IMG/VR virus record: IMGVR_UViG_3300009183_000045
Source: a virus
Lineage: Duplodnaviria; Caudoviricetes
Strand: one strand, 5' to 3'
DNA length: 64,000 nucleotides
Positions 26,783-36,375 of this stretch are shown here, in pieces. The translations under genes and the position numbers were made by a program. How positions within the stretch are numbered: the stretch's first letter is position 1; the number at the start of each line of letters is the position of its first letter. A model generated the notes under the pieces. The model was not told where the DNA came from and made no database searches. It was given only the letters and a program-made list of their open reading frames with translations.

Positions 26783-28660
26783 ATGGCCGACCTTCTTGCT
26801 TCATCCAATAGAAATGCTAGTTCTAATCGTAATTTTATATCCAGTATATTACAGAGATTACCTTACGTTTCTACAGAAATAGAGACAGATACAAATAATC
26901 CAAAATATGAATTATTTGATAGACTTTCTAAAAGAACTGAATATCGTTTACTAAAACAATCAGTCATAACCGGCGGGGCCATGCAGAGTGAATATGGATC
27001 TGGTCCGGGTGGACATGGATCTATTACTTCTCACAGCCCATATCACAAGTATTTGTATGCAAATATAGATACAGACAAAATCAGAAGAATATCTGAATAC
27101 AGAAGAATGGCTTCTTTTGCAGAAGTTGCAGATTGTTTAGATGAAATATGTGATGAATTTATCGTCAAGGATGAAAACAATCATATATTACACTTTGATT
27201 TTTCTAATTTCTGCGACTTGGCTTCTGAAGAAAAGATTGAATTGCAAAAAGAATTTGAAAAATTTGTTACCATATATGATTTAGAACACAAGGGATGGGG
27301 ATATTGTAGACAACTGCTTGTAGAGGGTGAGTTATTCTTTGAAAATATCACTTATAAAGACAAGCATGAATATGGCATTATAGGTGTATTGACCATTCCA
27401 GGAGAATTGATCAATCCGGCATATGATAACATTCAAAACAATGTTATAGAAAATTTTACATTTCAAAAACCCATTAATTTACAGCAAACCGCGGCGACTC
27501 CTTTGTCTCAGATGCAAGCAAACAAGAGTCCAGTAAATGCTCTTCAGCAACAAATAGTTACTCTTCAATCAAACCAGGTAACTTATATGCATTCTGGTTT
27601 ATGGAACGAAGATCATAGCATCCGTATTCCGTTTATTGAAAATTGTAGAAGAGCATATAAGATGCTTTCTCTTTGTGAAGATGCCATCATTATATATCGT
27701 CTAGTAAGAGCACCCGAAAGGTTAAAATTCACTATAGACGTAGGCAACATGCCACCCGCCAAAGCAGAATCCTATATGAAGGGATTAATGCAGCAGTATT
27801 ACTCCAAACAAGTGTATGACGGTGGAGCAAACTCTACTGGTCCGGTTAGTAATTCTTATAATCCACAGTCTATGTTAGATAGCTACTGGTTTGCAAGGAA
27901 ACCAGGTGAAACCGGATCTGATGTATCAGTGCTACAAGGTGGCGACAACTTGGGTAAGTTAGATGATTTGATGTACTTTGTGGGCAAATTATATAAGAGC
28001 CTTAAAGTTCCTATTTCAAGACTCAACCCCAATGAAGCATTCAAAGACGGTGGTGAAATTCTTAAAGAAGAATTAAGATTTGCAAAATTTATTGTCAGGT
28101 TGCAGAATCAAGTAGCCGCAGGCATTAAAAATGCTTTCATTAGTCACTTAAAAATTAAAGGATGGTGGAATGAATATAAATTACACGAGTCCTATTTAAA
28201 TTTTGAATTTAATCCGCCATCAAACTATTTTGCTATTAGACAGCAGCAAATGGTAGAACTTAAACAGAAGAATTTCTCTGACATGTCTCTAAATGAAGGG
28301 ATATCTAATATATTTGCTCAAAGACACTATCTCCAATTCAGTGATGCTAAAATTAGTGAAAATATGGAATGGCAGCGCAAAGAAGCGGCCTTTAAATGGG
28401 AGCTTGCTCAAATTCAAAATGCAGGACCTAATTGGAGGGAGCAGATAGAAGCGGCTCAACAGGCAGCTTCTGCGGGTGGCGTCGCTGCCGACACAGGCGG
28501 AGGCGGAGGAGGCGGCGGAGGTGGATCATCAGCTATACCAGAATTTGGTTCAGCAGGTGGCACACCGGCCGCCACTCCAGAAGCCGGAGAAACTCCAGAA
28601 GCTGGTGCCGCTCCCGGAGGAACTCCAGTAGCTGCTGCTCCTCCTAGTCCTGCTACTTAA
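26783..28660 (+). CDS. gp20: Portal vertex protein (T4 gp20-like)
   Basis: ISEYRRMA..AEVADCLDEI, MHSGLW, EDAIIIYRLVRAPER..F.IDVGNMP, DSYWFARKPG..G.DV..LQGGDNLG, LKVPISRL, EELRFAKF. Confidence 0.97.
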   Translation: MADLLASSNRNASSNRNFISSILQRLPYVSTEIETDTNNPKYELFDRLSKRTEYRLLKQSVITGGAMQSEYGSGPGGHGSITSHSPYHKYLYANIDTDKIRRISEYRRMASFAEVADCLDEICDEFIVKDENNHILHFDFSNFCDLASEEKIELQKEFEKFVTIYDLEHKGWGYCRQLLVEGELFFENITYKDKHEYGIIGVLTIPGELINPAYDNIQNNVIENFTFQKPINLQQTAATPLSQMQANKSPVNALQQQIVTLQSNQVTYMHSGLWNEDHSIRIPFIENCRRAYKMLSLCEDAIIIYRLVRAPERLKFTIDVGNMPPAKAESYMKGLMQQYYSKQVYDGGANSTGPVSNSYNPQSMLDSYWFARKPGETGSDVSVLQGGDNLGKLDDLMYFVGKLYKSLKVPISRLNPNEAFKDGGEILKEELRFAKFIVRLQNQVAAGIKNAFISHLKIKGWWNEYKLHESYLNFEFNPPSNYFAIRQQQMVELKQKNFSDMSLNEGISNIFAQRHYLQFSDAKISENMEWQRKEAAFKWELAQIQNAGPNWREQIEAAQQAASAGGVAADTGGGGGGGGGGSSAIPEFGSAGGTPAATPEAGETPEAGAAPGGTPVAAAPPSPAT

Positions 28661-28679
28661 AGGATAAGTAGTAGTTTAT

Positions 28680-30062
28680 ATGTCTGTTCTACCCGTCAAC
28701 TTCGGAAGCACCACTTTTAATAATAGAATCTCTAGTTACGACTTATTATCTTCTCGTATAAAACACATGCTAGGAGAACCACTGATACAAGTGGAAATAA
28801 GTGACGCTCAGATGTATGAATGCATAGACACTGCCTGTGAATTTTTTACTAAATTTGCAGGCACTACTGAAGAATTTTTAATATTCCGCTCAGATTTGTA
28901 TATACCCGGAAACGGTCTTCCTATTGGCCGTTTACTTAATATTACTCCCGAATTAACAAATGCCGAAAATCCGGATCAACAACAATTTCCTCAGATATAT
29001 CAACAAATAGGTGCCAACCACGGATCACAATACACAGCTATAATAGGTGACGGAATTCGAGAATCTTATGAAGTGTTACATAATCTAAACACAGAAAATA
29101 TTATTGTTCAAGTATATGATAATGTTACCAATGAAGTGGTGTTTACGGAAGTTGTAATTGTTTCACCTACAATTTGTCGGATAATATTTAACGAAGCCAT
29201 TAATGTCAATTCTTTTAGGGTTGTTATTTTTTCTGGTATATCTGCGTCAACCTATATGTCTCTATTAGGTAATGGAGTAGACAATGTGTTCGTAATATCA
29301 CATAATTTAAATTCTCAAAACATAATAATACAGGTATATGACCAAGTAACAAATGAATTGGTGTATCCTTCTATATCAAACATTTCTCCTAATCAGAGCT
29401 TGGTGTCCTTTAAACACCCCATTGCATTGAATGCTTACAGAGTTGTTATGTTGGTCAGTGCTGCCTCACCAGGAGTTAATCCTATTTTTGCAAAGACCCA
29501 CAGTGCTGGATGGGATCTTGATTTAAATTGTTACCGCAAAGTAGTTGATGTATATTCCTTTGCTGAAGGAAATAATTCAGGTATTAACACTTTATTCTCA
29601 ATAGAACACACAGTGGCTCAACAAGCATATTTTGGACATTTGTTGGGTAATGTGGGTTATGATTTAATTACATGGCAATCTTTAAAAGGATGGTTAGATA
29701 TGAGAGATAAAGTGTTGGCCCTCACTCCTCTATTGAGGTTTAATCCAGATACTCAAATGTTGAGAATTATTCCCGAGCCTAGCCAAAACTCTGCTGCATA
29801 TTACGGTTTAGTTGGATGTCATTTACAAAAACCCATTAAAGACATAGTCAATCAATTATGGGTTTATAGATATGCAATGGCATTGGTTAAAATGACCACA
29901 GCTCATGTAAGATCTAAGTTTGGCGGCACCAATTTATTTGGTGGCCAGGTGGTGTCTTATCAAGATCTTATGTCTCAGGGCATATCCGAAAGAGATAAGC
30001 TAGAAGATGAATTAATGAACAAACACGTTGACTCCATGCCTACAAGATTTTTCGTAGGTTAA
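28680..30062 (+). CDS. gp13: Neck protein (T4 gp13-like) with an internal duplicated insertion
   Basis: RIKHMLGEPLIQVEISDAQMYECID, WVYRYAMALVK...RSKFGG..LFGG. Confidence 0.85.
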   Translation: MSVLPVNFGSTTFNNRISSYDLLSSRIKHMLGEPLIQVEISDAQMYECIDTACEFFTKFAGTTEEFLIFRSDLYIPGNGLPIGRLLNITPELTNAENPDQQQFPQIYQQIGANHGSQYTAIIGDGIRESYEVLHNLNTENIIVQVYDNVTNEVVFTEVVIVSPTICRIIFNEAINVNSFRVVIFSGISASTYMSLLGNGVDNVFVISHNLNSQNIIIQVYDQVTNELVYPSISNISPNQSLVSFKHPIALNAYRVVMLVSAASPGVNPIFAKTHSAGWDLDLNCYRKVVDVYSFAEGNNSGINTLFSIEHTVAQQAYFGHLLGNVGYDLITWQSLKGWLDMRDKVLALTPLLRFNPDTQMLRIIPEPSQNSAAYYGLVGCHLQKPIKDIVNQLWVYRYAMALVKMTTAHVRSKFGGTNLFGGQVVSYQDLMSQGISERDKLEDELMNKHVDSMPTRFFVG

Positions 30063-30063
30063 T

Positions 30064-30531
30064 ATGCGTAAACACCTTCATAAAGATTCTAGATACAATC
30101 AAGGCAAATTCCATCCTCAAAATATTGGCAAATACAAAGGATCTTTGCCAATTATATACAGATCTAGTTTAGAACTTAAATCATTTAGGTGGATGGACAG
30201 AAATCCTAACATTATTAGTTGGGGTTCTGAGTCTGTAATAATACCATATTATTCACCTATCGAATTAGAAAAAAAAATCCACAGATATTTTGTGGATTTG
30301 GTGGCTCACTTAAAAAGTAAAGATGGTACTATTAAAAAATTATTAATAGAAGTTAAACCACATAAACAAGTATCTGCTCCCACTTACAGTCCTCGTAAAG
30401 GAAAAAAAACTGTGCTGTATGAACAGACACAGTTTTTAATTAATACTGCTAAGTGGGAAGCTGCTAGGGCTTGGTGTGACAAGAATGATTATACATTCAT
30501 AATACTCACAGAAAAACACCTAAAAGACTAA
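30064..30531 (+). CDS. gp4: Head completion nuclease (T4 gp4-like)
   Basis: QGKF.P.N..KY.G...IYRSSLE, WGSE..IPY, HRYFVD, IEVKP, NTAKW.AA. Confidence 0.92.
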   Translation: MRKHLHKDSRYNQGKFHPQNIGKYKGSLPIIYRSSLELKSFRWMDRNPNIISWGSESVIIPYYSPIELEKKIHRYFVDLVAHLKSKDGTIKKLLIEVKPHKQVSAPTYSPRKGKKTVLYEQTQFLINTAKWEAARAWCDKNDYTFIILTEKHLKD

Positions 30532-30761
30532 GCATACCCTATAAGAGAATTAGGAGAAGTTTTGCTTAAAATACCATGAGCATTATAAAGGGTTACTGCA
30601 GGCATATTATGAGCATTTTCTTGTATAGTGCCCATTGTATCCACTGGTAAATCATTCTTGGGCAAATGATCTGTCTGACTTTTCATGGCAGCCATTAAAG
30701 GCTGGAGTGTTTCATATTGATTAACGGAAGATATAGATTGCATCTGAATATAATTATACAT
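30528..30761 (-). CDS. Hypothetical protein
   Basis: 77-aa ORF that fills the gap between gp4 and gp21. Confidence 0.45.
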   Translation of the reverse strand: MYNYIQMQSISSVNQYETLQPLMAAMKSQTDHLPKNDLPVDTMGTIQENAHNMPAVTLYNAHGILSKTSPNSLIGYA

Positions 30762-30829
30762 TTAATGCATCTAAAATCTCTTTTATTTTGAGATTAAAAA
30801 ATGATTTTCTTAATATGACATCTTTCAGG

Positions 30830-30837
30830 TATAAATA
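30830..30837 (+). promoter_or_regulatory. T4 consensus late promoter TATAAATA
   Basis: Exact consensus 17 nt upstream of the prohead protease start. Confidence 0.65.
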
Positions 30838-30854
30838 TCTTTTATAATTCATAT

Positions 30855-31529
30855 ATGAGTAACAACATGTACCGTTTATTGGTTGAAGAACCCACTTACG
30901 AGGTAAAGTATCTAATAGAAGAGAAAAATCGTAATACCCCTTCTAACATGTTTATTCACGGCCCCTTTCTCATGGCCAATGAGGCTAATAAAAACAAGAG
31001 AGTTTATCCCCTAGAAGAAATGGTGAAGGAAGTTAACCGATATACTTCAGAGATGATTGATAATCATCGAGCCACTGGTGAATTAAATCATCCTCAAACT
31101 CCAGACATTAATCTTGAAAGGGTGTGTCACATGGTTACTGAGATGAAACAAAACGGTAACATATTTGAAGGCAAATCTAAAATTCTCTCAAACCCGATGG
31201 GTCAATTGGTTCGCTCTTTAATATTAGATGGAGTCAAGCTTGGAGTTTCAAGCAGAGCGTTGGGAAAATTAGAACCCGGCAGCAATGGCACCAACAGAGT
31301 TTCAGATTTTAAATTGGTAGCAGTAGATGTTGTTGCCGATCCTTCAGTGCCCACCGCCTTTGTAAATGGGATCTTGGAATCAAAGCAATGGGTATTGGCA
31401 GAAGACGGAAGTTTTGAACCTTCTTATGAAAAATTTGAAAAGAGCATTGCTTCTTTGCCTCTTAAAAACACAAACGCCTTTTTAAAAGAACAAATAATTG
31501 CATTTATTAATGCACTTAAATCCGCTTAA
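30855..31529 (+). CDS. gp21: Prohead core protease (T4 gp21-like)
   Basis: GPFLMA...NKRVYP, GELNHP, LGVSSRALG, VDVVADPSVPTAFV.GI.E. Confidence 0.96.
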   Translation: MSNNMYRLLVEEPTYEVKYLIEEKNRNTPSNMFIHGPFLMANEANKNKRVYPLEEMVKEVNRYTSEMIDNHRATGELNHPQTPDINLERVCHMVTEMKQNGNIFEGKSKILSNPMGQLVRSLILDGVKLGVSSRALGKLEPGSNGTNRVSDFKLVAVDVVADPSVPTAFVNGILESKQWVLAEDGSFEPSYEKFEKSIASLPLKNTNAFLKEQIIAFINALKSA

Positions 31530-31561
31530 GGACAACTACTAGATAAATATCATTATATTTT

Positions 31562-31816
31562 ATGCATTCCACTAACCAATTAATTTCAAAATTTATAGCA
31601 CAGCTTTGTGAAAAGCAATTTGCATTTGCTAATTCCACTCTTGGAACTATCGTTGAAGCGAAGTTAAAAGAAAAGATCAAAAAGGAAGCAAAGAAACTTT
31701 CAGGTAAAAAAACGCCAGCCAAGGCTCAGTCTAAGGCAGATAAAAAGAAAGAATTTCTTGCCAGAATGGCAAAAAGTAAAAAAAACTCTAAAGGGGCATC
31801 TGGAAAGAATAAATAA
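31562..31816 (+). CDS. Small prohead-core-like protein with a Lys-rich tail
   Basis: Lies between gp21 and gp22; ATAAATA at 31543; helical N-terminus and a very basic C-terminus. Confidence 0.55.
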   Translation: MHSTNQLISKFIAQLCEKQFAFANSTLGTIVEAKLKEKIKKEAKKLSGKKTPAKAQSKADKKKEFLARMAKSKKNSKGASGKNK

Positions 31817-31830
31817 ATTATAACAATTGT

Positions 31831-32721
31831 ATGAACATAGCCGCTATTCTTAAGAATATTGACAAAGAAGTTTTAAACGAAGAATCTGCAACAGCAATTG
31901 CTGAAGCTTTTGAATCTGCCGTTAATGAAAAGGTTTCAACTCGTATTGGTCTTGAAATTGAAAAGGCTTTAAATGAGCAAGACGTAGACCATTCTGTAAA
32001 ACTTAAAACTTTACTCGAAACCATTGATGCTGATCACTCTTCCAAACTTCAAAAGGTTGTGGAAGCAGTTAGCACTAATCATGCAGCCAAGCTTCAAAAG
32101 GTTGTTTCTCATTACCGCAAGGCCATTAATGAAAAGGCCGGCACATTCAGCAACAAGATTGTTGCGGAAATGAGCAATTATTTAGACTTGTATTTGGACA
32201 AGGTGATTCCAAGAGAACAATTGAGTGAAGCAGTGGCAAATACTTCCGCCAAGCAACAATTAGAACAAATCAAAAAGATTATATCGATGGATCCTTCCGC
32301 TCTTAATGAAGATTTCAAGAGAATTGTTCTCCAAGGAAAGTCCAAGATTGATAATCTCCAAGCTCAACTCAATGAAACCTATAAAGAGAACATTGCTTTA
32401 AATGAACAAGCAAAGGCTGCTAAAGCATCCCTTTTGATTGAACAAAAAACAAAGGGCATGGCCTCTTCTAAAAAAGAATTTATCACTAAAATATTAAGTG
32501 ATAAGTCAGTTGAGTACATCAAAGAAAATTTTAGTTATGTAACTAATATGTTTGAAAGAGAAGATAGAGTCTCATCAAATGAATTAGTTAAAGAAGCATC
32601 CAAGACAGCTGTCTCCAAGGATGCTAAAGTAGTTTACCCTCAGGTGATGACCGAATCTGTCCAATCACCTATTTCTAGTTCAGTAAATGATTATTTATCT
32701 GGATTGAAAAGAGTTCGGTAA
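31831..32721 (+). CDS. gp22: Prohead core scaffold (T4 gp22-like)
   Basis: Coiled-coil, Glu-rich; FESAVNEKV, YLDLYLDKV; immediately upstream of the capsid gene. Confidence 0.85.
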   Translation: MNIAAILKNIDKEVLNEESATAIAEAFESAVNEKVSTRIGLEIEKALNEQDVDHSVKLKTLLETIDADHSSKLQKVVEAVSTNHAAKLQKVVSHYRKAINEKAGTFSNKIVAEMSNYLDLYLDKVIPREQLSEAVANTSAKQQLEQIKKIISMDPSALNEDFKRIVLQGKSKIDNLQAQLNETYKENIALNEQAKAAKASLLIEQKTKGMASSKKEFITKILSDKSVEYIKENFSYVTNMFEREDRVSSNELVKEASKTAVSKDAKVVYPQVMTESVQSPISSSVNDYLSGLKRVR

Positions 32722-32767
32722 TTTTAAGTTGGAGTAATACACGGCGTATTCTCGAAAATATATGCAG

Positions 32768-32773
32768 TAAATA
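32768..32773 (+). promoter_or_regulatory. Late promoter core upstream of the capsid gene
   Basis: TAAATA 19 nt before ATG 32793, preceded by an imperfect hairpin at 32732-32753. Confidence 0.5.
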
Positions 32774-32792
32774 GAAAAACAAATAACAAATT

Positions 32793-34283
32793 ATGAGTAA
32801 TGTAAGTTCCGCACCCGGTTATATCAACACAAACCGTGCATCACAGCTCCTTGAGAAGTGGGCACCTATGCTTGATTTTTCAAGCGACAAAGTAGCACCC
32901 ATCGAAGGTGAACATCAACGTTTGGCCACAGCCATGTTGATGGAAAACCAAGAGCAATGGTGCATTAATGAAGGCGGCAACAGCATCGGCGGCGGCGTTT
33001 TTGGTGGTAATTCCACTGGCGCTTACGGTGGTGCTCAAAGCGCATCAGACTGGTATGCAGGCGGCGACGCCCGTATGCCTAAGGTATTAATACCGATGGT
33101 AAGACGTACCTTCCCAGAATTGATCACTAACGAAATCGTTGGCGTTCAACCTATGAGTGGGCCCGTTGGATTAGCATTTGCTTTGCGTTATAAGTATGAG
33201 AATGCAGCTCTTGGCCAAGATGGCCAAGCTAACCCTGGTGGTACATCCGTAGGCAACTACGGTGGAGTAGGCAGAGAAGCAACACCTCGTGTTGCCGGAA
33301 CCGCCTCCCAATCTACCATTCCAGGAGCAGTTACAGGTGAAATGGGTTATCAATACCTTGATACACGCTTCACTGGTACAAGTGCAACTTGGTTGAATGG
33401 TGCCGCCGGAGATGGCGTCTACATCAGCCCAGAAGACACTGGTATCGCCGCTATTCTCAGTCAGTATGAACTTACTGGTAATATTCCTCAGGTCACTGTT
33501 GAATTCTCTAAGACCGCAGTTGAAGCCGGCACACGCCGTCTCGCAGCTCGTTGGTCCATTGAATTGGAACAGGATTTGAAGAACATGAACGGATTGGATA
33601 TCGATTCTGAATTGACAAATGCGATGAGCTATGAAATTCAGGCCGAAATCGACCGTGAAATGATTATCAGAATGCTTCAGATCTCACTTAACGCTGGTAA
33701 AGGCACTGGATATAGTTTCTGGTATGCAGCTTCCGCTGATGCCCGTTGGTTAGGAGAACGCAACCGCGACTTCTACGCCAAGGTTATCGTGGAAGCCAAC
33801 CGTATTGCAATTCGTAACCGCCGTGGTTCCGCTAATTTTATTATCGCGACTCCGAAGGTTTGTGCAATCATGGAAATGTTACCTGAATTTCAATGGATGC
33901 CCGTGAATGGCAACGTGAATACCCAAGGCTCTGGCATTGCCAAAGTCGGTACTCTCGGTGGTCGTTTCACCGTCTATCGTGATACACGTACAGAAGCCCA
34001 GAATCTTACGACCCGTGCAGCTAATAACACTACACTAGAGTATGCCTTGTTAGGTTACAAAGGTACCGAGTATTATGATACAGGTATCGTCTATTGTCCA
34101 TATATCCCAGTTATGATTCAACGTACAGTTGGACCTACCGATTTCAGCCCACGCGTTGGGTTGATGACCCGCTACGGCGTGGTTGATTACATCTTCGGTG
34201 CTTCCCTCTACTACCACACCATCATTATCAAGGGCCTTGGCACAGACAATGTAAACGGCAACGGTGGTAAGCTCTATATGTAA
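32793..34283 (+). CDS. gp23: Major capsid protein (T4 gp23-like)
   Basis: LLEKWAPML, LIPMVRR, VGVQPMSGPVGLAFALR, RRLAARWSIELEQDL, EIDRE, GYKG..YD.G..YCPY, PRVGLMTRYG. Confidence 0.98.
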   Translation: MSNVSSAPGYINTNRASQLLEKWAPMLDFSSDKVAPIEGEHQRLATAMLMENQEQWCINEGGNSIGGGVFGGNSTGAYGGAQSASDWYAGGDARMPKVLIPMVRRTFPELITNEIVGVQPMSGPVGLAFALRYKYENAALGQDGQANPGGTSVGNYGGVGREATPRVAGTASQSTIPGAVTGEMGYQYLDTRFTGTSATWLNGAAGDGVYISPEDTGIAAILSQYELTGNIPQVTVEFSKTAVEAGTRRLAARWSIELEQDLKNMNGLDIDSELTNAMSYEIQAEIDREMIIRMLQISLNAGKGTGYSFWYAASADARWLGERNRDFYAKVIVEANRIAIRNRRGSANFIIATPKVCAIMEMLPEFQWMPVNGNVNTQGSGIAKVGTLGGRFTVYRDTRTEAQNLTTRAANNTTLEYALLGYKGTEYYDTGIVYCPYIPVMIQRTVGPTDFSPRVGLMTRYGVVDYIFGASLYYHTIIIKGLGTDNVNGNGGKLYM

Positions 34284-34301
34284 ACCATTGAGTTAGTCTT
34301 T

Positions 34302-34337
34302 AAATACCCATCCTCACAAGGGATGGGTATTTTTTTG
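34302..34337 (+). terminator. Rho-independent terminator after gp23
   Basis: Stem aaatacccatcc / ggatgggtattt with a 7-nt loop, followed by a T run. Confidence 0.9.
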
Positions 34338-34373
34338 CTTGGATTTCCCGGTTTTACACCTTATTATAGGCAT

Positions 34374-34925
34374 ATGAATTTAAGATTTGCTCTTTGTGGA
34401 ACTCACGGAACAGGTAAAACCACAGTTTTAAAGGATATATCAAATGATCTCCTAGACGTCTACAACATTAAACCCATTTTTAACACTAGCAATGCACGCA
34501 AATTGTTCAAATTAGGAGAAGAATTAAATGATAAAGGTGGAAATTTTGTACAATATGTAGTACAAGCCAGCCACGTTAGTCGTTTTGCAGAAGAAAATTG
34601 GTTCGCTGACCGATGTGTTGTTGATGGATGGGCTTATATGAATGCTTCGGATCAAAAGGGAATAATTGATCCTCAGTGTAGGGATGCTGTGTCCAGTATG
34701 ATGAGGTTTTTCACTCCTTTATACACACAGATATTCTATGTTCCTATTGAATTTGAAATGGAAAGTGACGTAGTACGAAAAGATGACATAGAATATCAGA
34801 AGGAAATAGATAGTTATATGTCCAACACTCTAACAAGTTATAATAATGTCACCGTACTCAAAGGAAGTCGTGAAGAACGTAAGAATATTGTGTTAAAATA
34901 TATCCATGAACTTATTCATTCTTGA
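34374..34925 (+). CDS. Second NadR/AAA_28-like P-loop NTPase
   Basis: FALCGTHGTGKTT, FADRCVVDGWAY, IFYVPIEF..ESDVVR; start reassigned to 34374 because ATG 34323 lies inside the terminator. Confidence 0.75.
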   Translation: MNLRFALCGTHGTGKTTVLKDISNDLLDVYNIKPIFNTSNARKLFKLGEELNDKGGNFVQYVVQASHVSRFAEENWFADRCVVDGWAYMNASDQKGIIDPQCRDAVSSMMRFFTPLYTQIFYVPIEFEMESDVVRKDDIEYQKEIDSYMSNTLTSYNNVTVLKGSREERKNIVLKYIHELIHS

Positions 34926-35439
34926 TTTAGATCCTAAAAAAGCGGCCAATTACTACCAAGACCTTCATATAAATAAAATTATCATTGAAGGAACACAGCT
35001 ATTAGCTGCTGCATATCCTCTTGATAGACTGTCACAAGATGATTGTCCTCGTACCCAAAAAGGCACACCACGTAAACATGGACATTACAATCATCCTATG
35101 ACTAAATGGGTAAGGACAAATATGACAAATTTTGTATGGACTCTAAATCATTTAGATGGTTTGTATCAAGAAAGATTGTATAGATTTGAAAAAGAACATT
35201 TTAGCAAAGACTTTATAGATTGGGTGTGGAATAATCCTCCAGAGTTGCCTCACGATGAAATGACAGAACATCCACAATGTTTTGCGGTATCTTTTCCTCA
35301 GTGTATTGTGCCTGGCGATCCAGTCCAAGGATATCAAAATTATTATAATGCTGCCAAAAGAGAATTTAAATTTGGTAATAAAATTGTAAAGGCAAATTGG
35401 ACTAAAAGAGAAGTGCCTTACTTCTTCAAGGATAAATAA
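34906..35439 (+). CDS. Pyrimidine-dimer glycosylase-superfamily (DenV-like) protein
   Basis: MNLFILD.DP..AA....D.H..K..IEGTQLL, H.NHP..KWVR, YQNYY...K...W..REVP. Confidence 0.75.
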   Translation: MNLFILDLDPKKAANYYQDLHINKIIIEGTQLLAAAYPLDRLSQDDCPRTQKGTPRKHGHYNHPMTKWVRTNMTNFVWTLNHLDGLYQERLYRFEKEHFSKDFIDWVWNNPPELPHDEMTEHPQCFAVSFPQCIVPGDPVQGYQNYYNAAKREFKFGNKIVKANWTKREVPYFFKDK

Positions 35440-35443
35440 AAAT

Positions 35444-35911
35444 ATGAATTTTGTGCAATTTTACTCAGAAGCGGTTAATAAATTTAACACAGAATGGCAG
35501 GTTACTAGAGAAGAAGCAAAGAAAATTAAAGATGTAGATACTAAGATATCTCATGTCAAGAAATTTTTAATAGACAATCCCTCTTCTGCTAATTTTGGAA
35601 GAGTGGCAAACTGGACCCGAATGACAAAATTGGGTTACAAGAATAGTTCCATAGAAAGTGCTCAAAAATTTGAACATTTTCTTGATTATTTAGAATTGAA
35701 TAAACTCAAATTTGTGGAAGAAGATAAGGATATAGATTTAAATGATTTACCAATGGACAAATTTGTGGCTGTCTATAAAGATTTAGTTCATAGAAAGAAT
35801 GATTTTCAACACGGAGGAAAAAGACCGGTTTCTATGAGCCAATATCTATCTCAAATGCAAAGTGTTGCTAAAAAAAGAGGCATCCCTCTACCTCCTGATC
35901 CTCAAGACTAA
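35444..35911 (+). CDS. Hypothetical protein, late promoter upstream
   Basis: 155 aa; ATAAATA at 35432-35438; N-terminus MNFVQFYSEA. Confidence 0.7.
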   Translation: MNFVQFYSEAVNKFNTEWQVTREEAKKIKDVDTKISHVKKFLIDNPSSANFGRVANWTRMTKLGYKNSSIESAQKFEHFLDYLELNKLKFVEEDKDIDLNDLPMDKFVAVYKDLVHRKNDFQHGGKRPVSMSQYLSQMQSVAKKRGIPLPPDPQD

Positions 35912-36375
35912 CAGCCTTCTAGTATATCTAATTGATTCCTTTTAGATTTTCCATCTACAAAGCGATTAATTACTTCATCCCTCGTAGCAATAAGGATGTT
36001 ATTGGCTGCTGGTAATTTGGAAACAATTTCCTTTTTACCGGCTATGTCCATTTTCTTTAATTCAACTGCCACCGTGGCTTGTTTTTGCTGTAGATTAATA
36101 TTATTTAAAGAATCTATAGCTTTAGTGGTAGCACCCATTAAAGAAGCCATCGCAGATATTTCTTTAGGATCTGCTCCCATGGATATGTTATTAGACAATG
36201 TGGCTATAGCATCCAATCCCGCTTGTATAATCTCTGCAGTTTTTTGATATACATAGGTATTTACATTGTTATCTGTTATTATTTCCGGTTCTGGCCGCAC
36301 AGCCATTAGCATAGCAGGAGCTGATGTACTTTTTAGCTCACTGATGATATTATCTATTTCTGAATTGGATTCCAT
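35908..36375 (-). CDS. Probable terminase small subunit (T4 gp16-like)
   Basis: Helical core (YVYQKTAEIIQAGLDAI...DPKEISAMASLMGATTKA) and C-terminal NNILIATRDEVI resembling the gp16 NN.LFVGST.EL motif; minus-strand TAAATA at 36403-36408. Confidence 0.5.
   Translation of the reverse strand: MESNSEIDNIISELKSTSAPAMLMAVRPEPEIITDNNVNTYVYQKTAEIIQAGLDAIATLSNNISMGADPKEISAMASLMGATTKAIDSLNNINLQQKQATVAVELKKMDIAGKKEIVSKLPAANNILIATRDEVINRFVDGKSKRNQLDILEGC

Noticed and set aside
30064-30531. TnsA-like endonuclease as a Tn7 transposon gene
   Set aside because: Matches T4 gp4 head-completion motifs, sits in the head module, and has no tnsB/C or transposon ends
30775-30800. Hairpin aatctc-ttttatttt-gagatt as a terminator
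   Set aside because: Weak AT-rich stem without a proper U-tract in the relevant orientation
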